Positions 48,635-59,134 of a stretch of DNA of 64,000 bases are shown one piece after another (the stretch's first letter is position 1; the number at the start of each line of letters is the position of its first letter). Source of the DNA: Pustulibacterium marinum (GTDB lineage: Bacteria > Bacteroidota > Bacteroidia > Flavobacteriales > Flavobacteriaceae); contig NZ_FPBK01000015.1 in assembly GCF_900116665.1 (NCBI RefSeq), positions 1 to 64,000 on the forward strand, read 5' to 3'. The position numbers and the translations under genes are program-made. The notes beneath the pieces were generated by a model that was not told where the DNA came from, ran no database searches, and saw nothing but the letters and a program-made list of their open reading frames with translations.

Positions 48635-50803
48635 ATGCAAAAAGGAATCATTTTATCCGTCCTAAGCCTTACATTTGCGGCTTCGTGTACAACAAAAAAT
48701 TCTACAACACCTATGAAGGATATACAAGCTCCTGTAGCAAAAAAGATTCCTGAAACTTTAGAAATTCACAACGATCAACGTATAGATAATTATTTCTGGA
48801 TGCGTCTTTCAGACGAGCAAAAAGCAGCTGAAACACCCGATGCACAAACACAAGATGTGTTAGATTATCTGAATGCTGAAAATGATTATACAGATAGCAT
48901 TACTGCGCATACCAAGGATTTTCAGAAAGACTTGTTCGAGGAAATGAAAGGGCGTATCAAAGAAGCAGACGAATCGGTTCCTTATAAGTTCAACGGCTAT
49001 TGGTATGTGACCAAATACGAGGAAGGCAAAGATTATCCTATTTACACCCGTAGAAAGGAAAGCATGGATGCTGAAGAAGAAATTTTGTTTGATTGTAACG
49101 AAATGGCCGAAGGGCATGCGTATTTCCGTTTGAGTGGTATCAATATCAGTCCGGATAACAAATATGCAGCGTTTGGAATTGATACGGTGAGTAGACGTAT
49201 TTATACTATTCAAATTAAGAATTTAGAAACAGGCGAAGTATTGCCATATAAGATTGAAAATACCACAGGTGGAAGCACTTGGGCCAATGATAATAAAACC
49301 TTATTCTTTACTCGTAAAGACGCACAAACTTTACGCTCTAATCAGATCTTTAAATACAAATTAGGGGAAGACCCAACAAAGGCGGAATTGATTTTTGAAG
49401 AGACTGATGAAACTTATTACGCTTTTGTGTACAAGACCAAATCGAAGAAGTTTTTAGTGATTGGTTCTACAAGTACCATGACTTCAGAATATCAAATTTT
49501 AGACGCGAATAATCCAGATGGCGAGTTTAAGATTTTCCAACCGAGAACCCGAGGTATGGAATATAGCATTTCGCACTATGATGATACCTTCTATGTAGTG
49601 ACCAATGCAGATGGCGCAACCAACTTCAAACTGATGAAAACTCCGGATACCGCTACCGAAAAGGATAACTGGGTAGAGGTAATTCCGCATCGCGAAGATA
49701 CCATGTTGGAAGATATTGATATTTTCAAAGACTTTCTTGTGGTAAGCGAGCGCACCAATGGCTTGAACCGTATTCACATTCAACGTTGGGATGAAACTGC
49801 AGCGTATTATTTACCGTTTGATAACGAAACGTATACCGCATATACGACCACCAATATTGAGTTTGATACGCAAACATTACGCTATGCCTACAACTCATTG
49901 ACCACTCCAAGTTCGGTAATCGACTTTGATATGGTGACCAAAGAAAAGACGGTTAAAAAAGAACAGGAAGTACTAGGAGGGAAGTTTGATAAAGAAAATT
50001 ATGCTTCGGAAAGAGTATGGGCTACAGCCGAAGATGGTACGCAAATCCCTATTTCGTTAGTCTACAAAAAGGGAATCAAAAAAGATGGTAGCACACCGTT
50101 ACTACTATACGGATATGGTTCGTATGGTTCTACGATTGACCCTTATTTTTCTACCGTGCGTTTGAGCTTGTTAGACCGTGGATTTATCTACGCCATTGCA
50201 CACATTAGAGGAGGAGAATACTTAGGACGTCAATGGTACGAAAACGGAAAATTGTTAACCAAGAAAAATACGTTTACCGACTTTATAGACTGCGGAAAAT
50301 ATTTAGCCGAACAACACTATTCGTCTCCAGCACATATGTACGCCATGGGAGGTTCAGCCGGTGGATTGTTGGTAGGAGCAGTGATCAATATGGCTCCCGA
50401 TTTGTTCAATGGAGTTATCGCAGCCGTGCCGTTTGTAGATGTAGTTTCAACTATGTTGGATGAATCGATTCCATTAACTACCGGAGAATTTGACGAATGG
50501 GGAAATCCAAAAGATGAGGAATATTATCACTACATCAAATCGTATTCTCCGTATGATAATGTAGAGGCAAAAGCCTATCCTAATTTATTAGTGACTACTG
50601 GGTATCATGATTCACAGGTGCAATACTGGGAACCGGCTAAGTGGGTTGCTAAGTTAAGAGAGTTAAAAACAGACGACCATATTTTGTTGTTAAGAACTAA
50701 CATGGAAGTCGGTCATGGCGGGGCTTCCGGACGTTTTGAAGCACTCAAAGAAGTAGCCGAAGAATATGCCTTCTTATTAGATTTGGAAGGAATATCAGAA
50801 TAA
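48635..50803 (+). CDS. ptrB: S9A prolyl oligopeptidase family peptidase (oligopeptidase B-like), lipoprotein signal
   Basis: Catalytic GGSAGG (GxSxG). A beta-propeller N-terminal region plus a C-terminal alpha/beta hydrolase. 722 aa. Confidence 0.75.
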   Translation: MQKGIILSVLSLTFAASCTTKNSTTPMKDIQAPVAKKIPETLEIHNDQRIDNYFWMRLSDEQKAAETPDAQTQDVLDYLNAENDYTDSITAHTKDFQKDLFEEMKGRIKEADESVPYKFNGYWYVTKYEEGKDYPIYTRRKESMDAEEEILFDCNEMAEGHAYFRLSGINISPDNKYAAFGIDTVSRRIYTIQIKNLETGEVLPYKIENTTGGSTWANDNKTLFFTRKDAQTLRSNQIFKYKLGEDPTKAELIFEETDETYYAFVYKTKSKKFLVIGSTSTMTSEYQILDANNPDGEFKIFQPRTRGMEYSISHYDDTFYVVTNADGATNFKLMKTPDTATEKDNWVEVIPHREDTMLEDIDIFKDFLVVSERTNGLNRIHIQRWDETAAYYLPFDNETYTAYTTTNIEFDTQTLRYAYNSLTTPSSVIDFDMVTKEKTVKKEQEVLGGKFDKENYASERVWATAEDGTQIPISLVYKKGIKKDGSTPLLLYGYGSYGSTIDPYFSTVRLSLLDRGFIYAIAHIRGGEYLGRQWYENGKLLTKKNTFTDFIDCGKYLAEQHYSSPAHMYAMGGSAGGLLVGAVINMAPDLFNGVIAAVPFVDVVSTMLDESIPLTTGEFDEWGNPKDEEYYHYIKSYSPYDNVEAKAYPNLLVTTGYHDSQVQYWEPAKWVAKLRELKTDDHILLLRTNMEVGHGGASGRFEALKEVAEEYAFLLDLEGISE

Positions 50804-50887
50804 TTTAAAAAATATTAATTACATTTGCCTGTTGTGTGGTTTTAAAAAATGATGAAAATTTAAAACAACATCCCTAACAAATACAAT

Positions 50888-51928
50888 ATGGAACATAAGA
50901 TAGATGCTTATAACAACGTATTAGAGCTGGTAGGAAACACTCCTTTAATCAAACTTAGCAAACTCGCTTCAGAAATTCCAGGTAACTTCTATGCTAAGGT
51001 TGAGGCTTTTAATCCGGGGCACTCTTCAAAAGACAGAATAGCACTTCATATTATTGAAGATGCTGAAAGAAAAGGAATTCTTAAACCGGGAGATACTATT
51101 ATAGAAACTACTTCAGGAAACACAGGTTTTAGTGTAGCCATGGTAAGTATCATTAAAGGGTACGACTGTATTTTAGCAGTAAGCTCTAAATCTTCTCCTG
51201 ATAAAATAGACATGCTAAGAGCTATGGGCGCTAAAGTATATGTTTGTCCTGCAAACGTAAGCGCAGACGATCCAAGATCGTACTACCAGGTAGCGAAAAG
51301 AATGCATGAAGAATTGAAAGGTTCTGTGTACATCAATCAATATTTTAATGATTTGAACTTAGATGCACATTACCAATCTACAGGTCCTGAGATTTGGAAT
51401 CAAACTAAAGGGCAAATCACGCACTTAATTGCTTGTAGTGGAACAGGAGGAACTATCTCTGGTACTGCTAAATATTTGAAAGAGCAAAACAAAGATGTAA
51501 AAGTGATTGGAGTAGATGCGTATGGTTCTGTATTGAAAAAGTACCACGAAACACGCGAGTTTGACAGAGGCGAAATTTACCCATACCGTATTGAAGGTTT
51601 AGGTAAAAACTTAATTCCTACAGCAACTGATTTTGATGTAATAGATAAATTTATCAAAGTTACTGATGAAGAAAGTGCACATACTGCAAGAGAAATTTCG
51701 AAAACAGAAGGACTTTTTGTAGGATATACTTCAGGAGCTGCTTTCCAAGCTATTAAACAATTAGCAGAAGAAGGAGAGTTTGATGAAAATAGTGTAGTAG
51801 TAGCTATTTTTCCAGATCATGGTTCTCGTTACATGAGTAAAGTGTACAGTGATAAGTGGATGGCAGATCAAGGTTTCTTTGATAGCAAAAACATCGAAGA
51901 AGAACAAAAAATAGAATACATTAAGTAA
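50888..51928 (+). CDS. PLP-dependent cysteine synthase / cystathionine beta-synthase family protein
   Basis: A PLP-lysine block SSKDRIAL. Glycine-rich loops GTGGTISG and ETTSGNTG. 346 aa. Confidence 0.7.
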   Translation: MEHKIDAYNNVLELVGNTPLIKLSKLASEIPGNFYAKVEAFNPGHSSKDRIALHIIEDAERKGILKPGDTIIETTSGNTGFSVAMVSIIKGYDCILAVSSKSSPDKIDMLRAMGAKVYVCPANVSADDPRSYYQVAKRMHEELKGSVYINQYFNDLNLDAHYQSTGPEIWNQTKGQITHLIACSGTGGTISGTAKYLKEQNKDVKVIGVDAYGSVLKKYHETREFDRGEIYPYRIEGLGKNLIPTATDFDVIDKFIKVTDEESAHTAREISKTEGLFVGYTSGAAFQAIKQLAEEGEFDENSVVVAIFPDHGSRYMSKVYSDKWMADQGFFDSKNIEEEQKIEYIK

Positions 51929-51952
51929 TCAACCGATTACGAAAAGATATGA

Positions 51953-51985
51953 AAAAGCAACCTATATAGGTTGCTTTTCTTTTTA
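51953..51985 (+). terminator. rho-independent terminator
   Basis: aagcaacc-tatata-ggttgctt followed by ttctttttag. Confidence 0.55.
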
Positions 51986-52008
51986 GTGAAAAAATGTATC
52001 TTTAGCGT

Positions 52009-52542
52009 ATGAGCCAGACCTATATTTCTTTAGAAACTGAAAGATTGTTGTTAACGCCTTCTTCTCTAGACGATGCAGCATTTATGCTTACGTTGTTAAA
52101 CACGCCTAAATATATTCAGTTTATTGCAGACAGAAATGTACGTACCTTAGACGATGCAGCAGCATATGTAAGAAACAGAATGCTTCCACAACTAGAGAAA
52201 TTAGGGTTTTCAAACTTCACGGTAAGTCTTAAAGAAGATGGAACCAAAATAGGCAGTTGTGGCTTATATGAGCGCGAAGGTTTGGAGATTCGCGATATAG
52301 GATTTGCATTTCTACCGGAGTATGAAGGAAAAGGCTATGCGTATGAGGCGGCTAATGCCGTAAAAAAAGCTGCTTTTGAAACCTTTCATCAACGAGCTAT
52401 CTGTGCAATAACGACAAGAGAAAACAAGAGCTCCCAAAAACTCATAGAACGATTAGGATTAACATTTCAGAAGATTGTTCGTATCCCAAATGATCCGGAA
52501 GACTTGTTGTATTATGAGTTTACAGCCGCAGATTACCGTTAA
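52009..52542 (+). CDS. GNAT family N-acetyltransferase (RimJ/RimL-like)
   Basis: 177 aa with acetyl-CoA-binding-like motifs (...IGSCGLY...YEGKGYAYEA...). Confidence 0.65.
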   Translation: MSQTYISLETERLLLTPSSLDDAAFMLTLLNTPKYIQFIADRNVRTLDDAAAYVRNRMLPQLEKLGFSNFTVSLKEDGTKIGSCGLYEREGLEIRDIGFAFLPEYEGKGYAYEAANAVKKAAFETFHQRAICAITTRENKSSQKLIERLGLTFQKIVRIPNDPEDLLYYEFTAADYR

Positions 52543-53327
52543 GTATTGACTTTAAAACTACCTGTAGCAGCATCAAAAACGATGAGGTCTTCAGGGAATA
52601 GTTTTGCAAAACTACCCTCCGTGATCAAGTTACAAGGTTGATCTATCACAAAATCATCTGCTGTGAGCACCATCATTTGATCACATAGTTGAATAGCCAA
52701 TGTAACCTCGTGTGTAGAGAACAAAATAGTTTTTTGAGTCGTATGAGCTACTTCTTTAAGCAATTTCATAATATAGGCTTTGTGGTAAACGTCTAGATGG
52801 GTGGTAGGCTCGTCTAGCACAATTATGTCAGTATCTTGTGCTAAAGCTCTTCCTAACAGCACTTTCTGTAATTGACCATCACTTAGTTCAGTACATTTTC
52901 GTGTTGCTAAAGACTCTAGTCGGAGTAATTGCAATACTTCTTTTACTTTTGCTTTGTCCGCAGTGCTAAGTGTTCCTATCCAATTGGTATAAGGTTGTCT
53001 TCCTAAAGCAATAATCTCTGCAACGGTAAGGTTACTGGGCGGAATACTCTCGGTAAAAACAATGCTCAATACTTTAGAAAGCGCTGTAGCATCGTAGGTA
53101 TGAATAGATTTTTGCTGAATATTGATGGTTCCTTGTAGGGGTTTAAGCGTGCCACAAATGGTTTTCAATAAGGTAGATTTTCCAATCCCATTAGGTCCTA
53201 CTAAGGCTATGAGATTTCCTTTTGCCAGTTGAAAATTGATGTTTTTCGCAAGCGTAGTCTTTTCCTTTTTATGCAGGTAACCAATGGAAAGATTGGTAGC
53301 TTTCATGGTGATTTCATTCGCCTCCAT
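52539..53327 (-). CDS. ABC transporter ATP-binding protein (FecE/BtuD-like)
   Basis: Walker A GPNGIGKST, signature LSDGQLQKVLLGRAL, Walker B IIVLDEPTTHLD. Confidence 0.8.
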   Translation of the reverse strand: MEANEITMKATNLSIGYLHKKEKTTLAKNINFQLAKGNLIALVGPNGIGKSTLLKTICGTLKPLQGTINIQQKSIHTYDATALSKVLSIVFTESIPPSNLTVAEIIALGRQPYTNWIGTLSTADKAKVKEVLQLLRLESLATRKCTELSDGQLQKVLLGRALAQDTDIIVLDEPTTHLDVYHKAYIMKLLKEVAHTTQKTILFSTHEVTLAIQLCDQMMVLTADDFVIDQPCNLITEGSFAKLFPEDLIVFDAATGSFKVNT

Positions 53328-54349
53328 TACAAAACAATTTTACGTTTACGCATTAATAGCCAAATAACAACGGGAGCCCCTACAATAGAAGTGATGGCGT
53401 TGATAGGTAAAGTAAGTTCACTACCCGGCAATTGCGCAATGCTATCACAACACAATACAATAATAGCTCCCACCAATGCTGTAGCAGGAATAAGTATGCG
53501 ATGATCTGCCGATTTAAAAATGAGCCGGGTAATATGCGGAACGGCCAATCCAATGAAGGCAATAGGCCCGGCAAAAGCAGTAATGCTACCAGCTAATAAA
53601 CTAGTTGCAAGCATCACTAACAGTCGAATATTTTTGATAGCAACTCCCATACTTTTAGCGTATTGCTCACCCAATAGCAAAGCATTAAGACCTTTGATAC
53701 AAAATACAGCCATTAACAGCCCCATCAAAATGATCAAAGCAAAAAGACTAACTTGTGTCCAGCTAAGATCGCCAAGACTTCCTAAACTCCAAAAGACATA
53801 TTGCTGAAGTTTCTCCATACTTGCAAAAAAGGATAGAATGTTCACTACCGCAGCGGTGATACTGCCAAACATCAATCCTATGATCAAAATAGCCATGGTA
53901 TCTCTAATGTTTCTGGCTGCTATTAAAATAGCAACTAAAACAAGAAAACTCCCTAAACTAGCTGCAATAGCCAAAGAAACCGTAGCATTTAAAAAAGAAA
54001 AACCAATCAAAGAACTGCCCATCACTAAAAGTGCTACTCCTAAACTAGCTCCAGAACTAATACCAAGTACAAAAGGTCCGGCTAGTGGATTTCTAAAAAG
54101 TGTTTGCATTAGTAGTCCTGAAATAGACAAACCAAAGCCAACCAAAATAGCCGTGATGGCTTTGGGTAAACGATAATGAATAATAATATGTTCCCACGTT
54201 TTTTTGGAAGCATCTTGTCCTAAGAGAATATGACCTATATCACTCAACGGAATCTTTACAGAGCCAAGACTAATATTAACTAACAAAGCAGCCATGAGTC
54301 CCGTAACTAGTAAAATGAAGATGATTTTGTATGATGTTTTTGGATGCAA
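53327..54349 (-). CDS. FecCD/BtuC-family ABC permease
   Basis: 340 aa with ~9 TM helices. Typical FecCD length. 1-nt overlap with the ATPase gene. Confidence 0.75.
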   Translation of the reverse strand: MHPKTSYKIIFILLVTGLMAALLVNISLGSVKIPLSDIGHILLGQDASKKTWEHIIIHYRLPKAITAILVGFGLSISGLLMQTLFRNPLAGPFVLGISSGASLGVALLVMGSSLIGFSFLNATVSLAIAASLGSFLVLVAILIAARNIRDTMAILIIGLMFGSITAAVVNILSFFASMEKLQQYVFWSLGSLGDLSWTQVSLFALIILMGLLMAVFCIKGLNALLLGEQYAKSMGVAIKNIRLLVMLATSLLAGSITAFAGPIAFIGLAVPHITRLIFKSADHRILIPATALVGAIIVLCCDSIAQLPGSELTLPINAITSIVGAPVVIWLLMRKRKIVL

Positions 54350-54352
54350 TGG

Positions 54353-55486
54353 TTATTCTAATGGTTTAAAAAAGAAAGGTTCATATTCTGGTGTTATTTC
54401 AGGGTGCAAAATATGAATAATATCTTTTAAAACGATATCCGGACGGTTAGGAGCTAATTCATAATATAACAAACCGCCTGTGCTACCTTTGGTATTGCTG
54501 TAAGTGTAGACTTTGTGTTTTTGATAGGCTTCAAAATCAGTATAAGCACTGTTCGTGCTACTCATTTGCTCGTACGAAGTAAATTGTCCAGGTCCCAACC
54601 AAATATCGGCTTGCTGCGCTTTGTCGTATACGTTTTCAAAACTAAGTGCTAAACTTCCGGTATCTTCATTAGTCGCCCAAAGATAAGCACCATTAGCATC
54701 GGTAATAAATTGTGCCATCCAACTTTGTCCGCCTGGTAAATACCAAACATCTTTAAACATTGCACCACTCAAAACAGTAGGTTGCTCTGCAGTTTGGGTA
54801 GCTAAATCTTTGGCTGAGTTGTAGCTTTTCTCTATGGTTTTAAAAATACTATCAGCTTCTTTTTCTTTTCCAAAAAATGGAGCAAAAAATTTGATCCATT
54901 CTGCCTTCCCTAAGGGTGTTTGTTCTGTCCAATCACCATTATAAACCACAGGTATTCCAGATCTTTCGAGAGTTTGATATGCTTTGTTCTGACCATTGAT
55001 ACTAAATCCGAAAATAACCTCTGGAGCAATGTCTAAAAGTAATTCAGTATTAATGTTTTCATTCATCCCAACATCTGTAATCTTTCCAGATTCAATGCGT
55101 TGTCTAGTGCGTTCCGAAGAAATATACTGAGTATCAGGAAAAGCAACAAGTGTTTCGGTAGCGTTCAGTGCTTCCAAAGCAGGAATGTGGGTAGTAGAAG
55201 TAGCCATAGTAGTAGTTACAGGAACTTCTATAACCGCATTATAGGTATCTTTTTGAATGTTACTACCTTTTGGAACTAAAGCATATACATACGGTTGTTG
55301 TGCCTCTGGCCATGGACTGGTAACAGTAATTAAAGTGATATTCTCTTTTTTTTCAATGTGAAAACCTTTCGCATATGAAAGTGAAGTATCGGGCTGGGTT
55401 ACTGTTTCAGTAGCTTTCGGTGTGGTGTTACAACTGCTAATAAAAAGTGCGATGACCACCAAAAAAAGGAATTGATTTTTTTTCAT
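54353..55486 (-). CDS. periplasmic-binding-protein-fold substrate-binding lipoprotein (BtuF/hemin-like)
   Basis: The lipoprotein signal MKKNQFLFLVVIALFISSC is the probable true start. Class III PBP fold typical of B12/siderophore/haem binders. First gene of the SBP-permease-ATPase operon. Confidence 0.65.
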   Translation of the reverse strand: MKKNQFLFLVVIALFISSCNTTPKATETVTQPDTSLSYAKGFHIEKKENITLITVTSPWPEAQQPYVYALVPKGSNIQKDTYNAVIEVPVTTTMATSTTHIPALEALNATETLVAFPDTQYISSERTRQRIESGKITDVGMNENINTELLLDIAPEVIFGFSINGQNKAYQTLERSGIPVVYNGDWTEQTPLGKAEWIKFFAPFFGKEKEADSIFKTIEKSYNSAKDLATQTAEQPTVLSGAMFKDVWYLPGGQSWMAQFITDANGAYLWATNEDTGSLALSFENVYDKAQQADIWLGPGQFTSYEQMSSTNSAYTDFEAYQKHKVYTYSNTKGSTGGLLYYELAPNRPDIVLKDIIHILHPEITPEYEPFFFKPLE

Positions 55487-55729
55487 GCAGTAAAGGTAAA
55501 AAAAACAAAAACTAACAAATGTCATTTTTAACTATAACGTTTTCGTTTACTTTTAAATAAAATTTAATGGTTATGCTAAGCGACGAAAAATACATTATGG
55601 TAACCGTGCTATTTTATATTATACTGCTTTTTTTTATTTTCTTAATCATGAAAATTACTGATAAAGAAGCGCACTAAATAGTAAGTGTTCATAGGTACAC
55701 AATACAGATATATTGTGTACCTTTGCCGA

Positions 55730-55915
55730 GAATTCGGGTTCTGAAGAAACCACAATTCAGGTTCACAGATTAAAAGGGAATTCGGTGTAATACCGAAGCT
55801 GTTCCCGCAACTGTAAGCGACGTTTTATTGATTGAAACGGTGTTTGTAACTACTTTGCCACTGGAGTTTTTCCGGGAAGGTAACAAACATACGCAAGCCA
55901 GGAGACCTGCCCGCA
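55730..55915 (+). ncRNA. cobalamin riboswitch upstream of a btuB-like TonB-dependent receptor
   Basis: ...ttaaaagggaattcggtgtaataccgaagctgttcccgcaactgtaagcgacg...ttgccactggagtttttccgggaaggtaacaa...caagccaggagacctgcccgc. Contains a canonical B12 box (GCCACTG), CCCGCAACTGTAAG and AGCCAGGAGACCTGCC. Confidence 0.85.
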
Positions 55916-55959
55916 TTCTGAAAATAGTAATTAGCCTTCGGGATAAAGGTTATAGGTTT

Positions 55960-57786
55960 ATGAAGCAATTTTATCTTTTCATTAGTTTTATTTCGTGCTT
56001 AGCTTGTAAATTACAAGCACAGGATACTATTCCTTTGGCTGAAGTAGAAGTTTCGGACACACAATTAAAACGGTTTTCCGATACGCAACAAACTATAGAA
56101 CTGTCTGATAGTATCAGTATCAAAAATCAAGCTTCGCTTACATCTTTATTAAACTTCAACTCATTTATCTATTTTAAGCAAAATGGGCTAGGAATGGTTT
56201 CTTCTCCATCTTTTAGAGGAACTACGGCACAACAGACTGCTGTTCTTTGGAACGGAATCAACATCAATTCTCAATTCAATGGGCAAACGGATTTTAATAC
56301 CATTAATATAAGAAATTTTGATGCGGTAGAAGTGCGCAGTGGAGGAGGAAGTGTGCTGTTTGGGAGTGGTGCTATTGGTGGCTCTATTCACTTAAATGAT
56401 TATATAAAATTTAGTGAAGGATTTAAAAATACTGCCTTTGTAAAATATGGTAGTTTTAATACGATAGATGGAAGTTATAAAAGTTCATACAGCTCAGAAA
56501 AATTGAGTTTGAATATTGCATTGAGCAGAGTGAACTCAGATAATAATTATGAGTATGTAGGTAAAGATAGGAACAATAGTAACGGACAGTTTTATAATCA
56601 GTCTGTGTCAGCAAATGTGGGATATAAATTGAATGAAAACAATTTAGTAAAGTTCTTTACTTATATCTATGATGGAGACCGAAATTTTTCGTTAATAGTA
56701 CCTACTGAGACGCGAACTTCTTATTCGGATTTTAACACCAGAAACATGCTAGAATGGGATGGTTTCTATGGTAAATTCATTTCCAAATTAAAAGTAGCCT
56801 ATACTACTGAACATTATAAATACTATGCAAATATTTATAATGATTCTTATACTGAAGGGAAAGCAAACTCTGTGATTGGTAAATATGATTTAGCATACCA
56901 TATATCCGATGGAATACTATTGAATTTTGTTTCAGACATAAATCATACTAATGGAGAAGGAAGTAGTATAGCTCAAAATAAACGTACTATTACTGCATTT
57001 AATGTGATGTGGAAACATATATTGTCCAATAAATTTCTATACGAAGTTACATCTAGAAAAGAATTCACACAAAATTATGAAAGTCCGTTTTTATTTAGTC
57101 TAGGAGCTAAATACAAATTGCTAAATGACTATGAAATCACATTGAATGGTTCTAAGAATTTTAGAATACCTACCTACAACGATTTGTTTTGGGCTGGGAG
57201 TGGAAACCCAGATTTAAACCCGGAAACTTCTTATCAATTAGAGTTTGGAAATCATTTCAAACTTAATAAAGTTGATCTTTCTATTACAGGATATTATAAT
57301 GATATTACAGATATGATTCGCTGGGTACCGCAAGGTTCTGTTTGGAAACCTGTAAATACCCAACACGTAGCTACCTATGGCATTGAGTCAAAATTGAAAT
57401 ATCAAAAGAAATTTGGAAAACATACGATGACTATCAACGGTACTTACACTTATACCAAAGCTAAAGATTTAGATAGTGAAAAAGAACTTATTTATGTGCC
57501 CAATCATAAAGCAACAGGAATGTTACAATATAAGTATAAAAGGTTGCAAGCATACTACCAATATATGTTTGTAGGGAATGTTTATACGGACTCAGATAAC
57601 AATCCTCTTTACAGTTTAGATGCTTACGGTATAAGTAACACCGGACTTAGTTACCATTTTGGACGTCAAAAGGGTTACCAAATAGGAACGGAAATAAATA
57701 ATCTTTGGAATGTAAATTATCAAAGCGTTCGAAATAGATTTATGCCGGGTATCAACTACGCAATTTATATGAAACTTAAATTTTAA
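55960..57786 (+). CDS. btuB: TonB-dependent vitamin B12 receptor (BtuB-like)
   Basis: The signal peptide MKQFYLFISFISCLACKLQAQD is the probable true start (the ORF track extends upstream through the riboswitch). Plug domain, short 22-strand barrel (~609 aa), C-terminal ...MKLKF. Confidence 0.75.
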   Translation: MKQFYLFISFISCLACKLQAQDTIPLAEVEVSDTQLKRFSDTQQTIELSDSISIKNQASLTSLLNFNSFIYFKQNGLGMVSSPSFRGTTAQQTAVLWNGININSQFNGQTDFNTINIRNFDAVEVRSGGGSVLFGSGAIGGSIHLNDYIKFSEGFKNTAFVKYGSFNTIDGSYKSSYSSEKLSLNIALSRVNSDNNYEYVGKDRNNSNGQFYNQSVSANVGYKLNENNLVKFFTYIYDGDRNFSLIVPTETRTSYSDFNTRNMLEWDGFYGKFISKLKVAYTTEHYKYYANIYNDSYTEGKANSVIGKYDLAYHISDGILLNFVSDINHTNGEGSSIAQNKRTITAFNVMWKHILSNKFLYEVTSRKEFTQNYESPFLFSLGAKYKLLNDYEITLNGSKNFRIPTYNDLFWAGSGNPDLNPETSYQLEFGNHFKLNKVDLSITGYYNDITDMIRWVPQGSVWKPVNTQHVATYGIESKLKYQKKFGKHTMTINGTYTYTKAKDLDSEKELIYVPNHKATGMLQYKYKRLQAYYQYMFVGNVYTDSDNNPLYSLDAYGISNTGLSYHFGRQKGYQIGTEINNLWNVNYQSVRNRFMPGINYAIYMKLKF

Positions 57787-57788
57787 CT

Positions 57789-58856
57789 ATGAAGTATTTT
57801 TTTAAATCTTGTTTAGCTTTATTAGCTACAGCTTGTATGTTTACATCTTGTGATGATAACGATGATGATGATGTAATTGTAGAACCTACTGGAGAATATG
57901 CAGACGGTTACTTTATTTTAAATGAAAATGGTGGACTTGGAGCATCAATCGCAACTTTTGTAGGAGATGATGGAGTTGTAACCGCCGACCCAATTGGGAC
58001 TGTTAATACAGACTTTGACGTAACAACAACAGGAACCTATTTACAAGATATGTTTTTTGATGATAGCAGAGCATTTGTAATTTCAGGAAGTGGAAACCTG
58101 GTTTTGGTATTTGATAGATATACAATGGAGTACATTACAACAGTAGATACAGATTTTGCTTCTCCACGTTATGGAACTGTAGTAGGTGATTATGCCTATG
58201 TTACCAATTATAATGATTACAGTGTTGGTGAAGATGATTTTGTCACTATCATTAATTTAAATGATTATACTACTACAACTTTAGATGTTAATAATAACGC
58301 AGAAAAGATTATGTCTGAAGATGGTTTGGTGTATATAGCAAATGGATATTATGGATCAGGTAATGCTGTAACTATCTTAGATCCGTCTACAAATGGTTTA
58401 ACTTCTATAGATTTAGGTACTGGAAACACACCAAATTCTTTTGAGGAAGAAGATGGGTATTTATATGTGCTTACCTATAATTATACCAATGCAGCATTGT
58501 TCACTATAGACTTAGCTGCAAATCAAGTAGTAGCTCAAACAGATTTCCCTGCAGCAATCGGAGAAGCTTCTAATTTAGAGATCGAAGATGATGTAGTATA
58601 TTTTACAGTGTCTAATGCTGTTTACAGCATGCCTTTAAACGCTACAGAAGTGCCAACAGAGCCAATTTTTAGTTATGAATCTGATTCAGCTTGGGGAGTT
58701 ATGTATGGTTTTGCAGTTGAAGATAATACTATTTATATAGCAGATGGTGGAGACTTTTCTTCAAACAGTACTGCGTATGAATATTCTTTAGATGGACAAT
58801 TATTGAACACAATTACAACAGGAGTGGGGCCAAACAGTTTCCATTTTAACGACTAA
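57789..58856 (+). CDS. surface-exposed beta-propeller lipoprotein, candidate BtuG-like B12-capture protein
   Basis: Lipobox ...MFTSCDDNDDDD. The body is a repetitive beta-rich (YncE-like propeller) 355 aa. It lies immediately downstream of riboswitch-controlled btuB (2-nt gap), the arrangement described for Bacteroides BtuG. Confidence 0.5.
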   Translation: MKYFFKSCLALLATACMFTSCDDNDDDDVIVEPTGEYADGYFILNENGGLGASIATFVGDDGVVTADPIGTVNTDFDVTTTGTYLQDMFFDDSRAFVISGSGNLVLVFDRYTMEYITTVDTDFASPRYGTVVGDYAYVTNYNDYSVGEDDFVTIINLNDYTTTTLDVNNNAEKIMSEDGLVYIANGYYGSGNAVTILDPSTNGLTSIDLGTGNTPNSFEEEDGYLYVLTYNYTNAALFTIDLAANQVVAQTDFPAAIGEASNLEIEDDVVYFTVSNAVYSMPLNATEVPTEPIFSYESDSAWGVMYGFAVEDNTIYIADGGDFSSNSTAYEYSLDGQLLNTITTGVGPNSFHFND

Positions 58857-58929
58857 GAAAAGATCATAATTTTCAACGTTCATTTTTTAAGGGCTTAATA
58901 GAAAATCAGGGGTGAATTTTTTATTAAGC

Positions 58930-58965
58930 AGAAAGGCTCCCAATTTGGGAGCCTTTTGTTTTACT
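58930..58965 (+). terminator. rho-independent terminator
   Basis: aaaggctccc-aattt-gggagcctttt followed by gtttt. Confidence 0.7.
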
Positions 58966-59066
58966 AAATACCCTTATACTGGTATGTAGACTTTTACAAT
59001 AGTCAGTTTTTTAAGAATATAGTTCCTTACTAGATGAAAGACATTAGTGGAATTTTCTTTTATGAG

Positions 59067-59104
59067 TTTAAAAAGCCGAATGCATTTCAAATGCATTCGG
59101 CTTT
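59067..59104 (-). terminator. rho-independent terminator for the minus-strand gene above it
   Basis: gccgaatgcatt-tcaa-aatgcattcggc, with ttttt on the minus-strand side. Confidence 0.7.
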
Positions 59105-59134
59105 ATAAAATGTATAGTATAAGCAATTTTTAAT

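Noticed and set aside
55828-55959. N-terminal extension of the btuB ORF through the riboswitch (MIETVFVTT...)
   Set aside because: The extension overlaps the riboswitch aptamer and lacks a signal peptide. The MKQFYLFISFISCLAC Met at 55960 gives a proper signal peptide, so the extension is an ORF-calling artefact.
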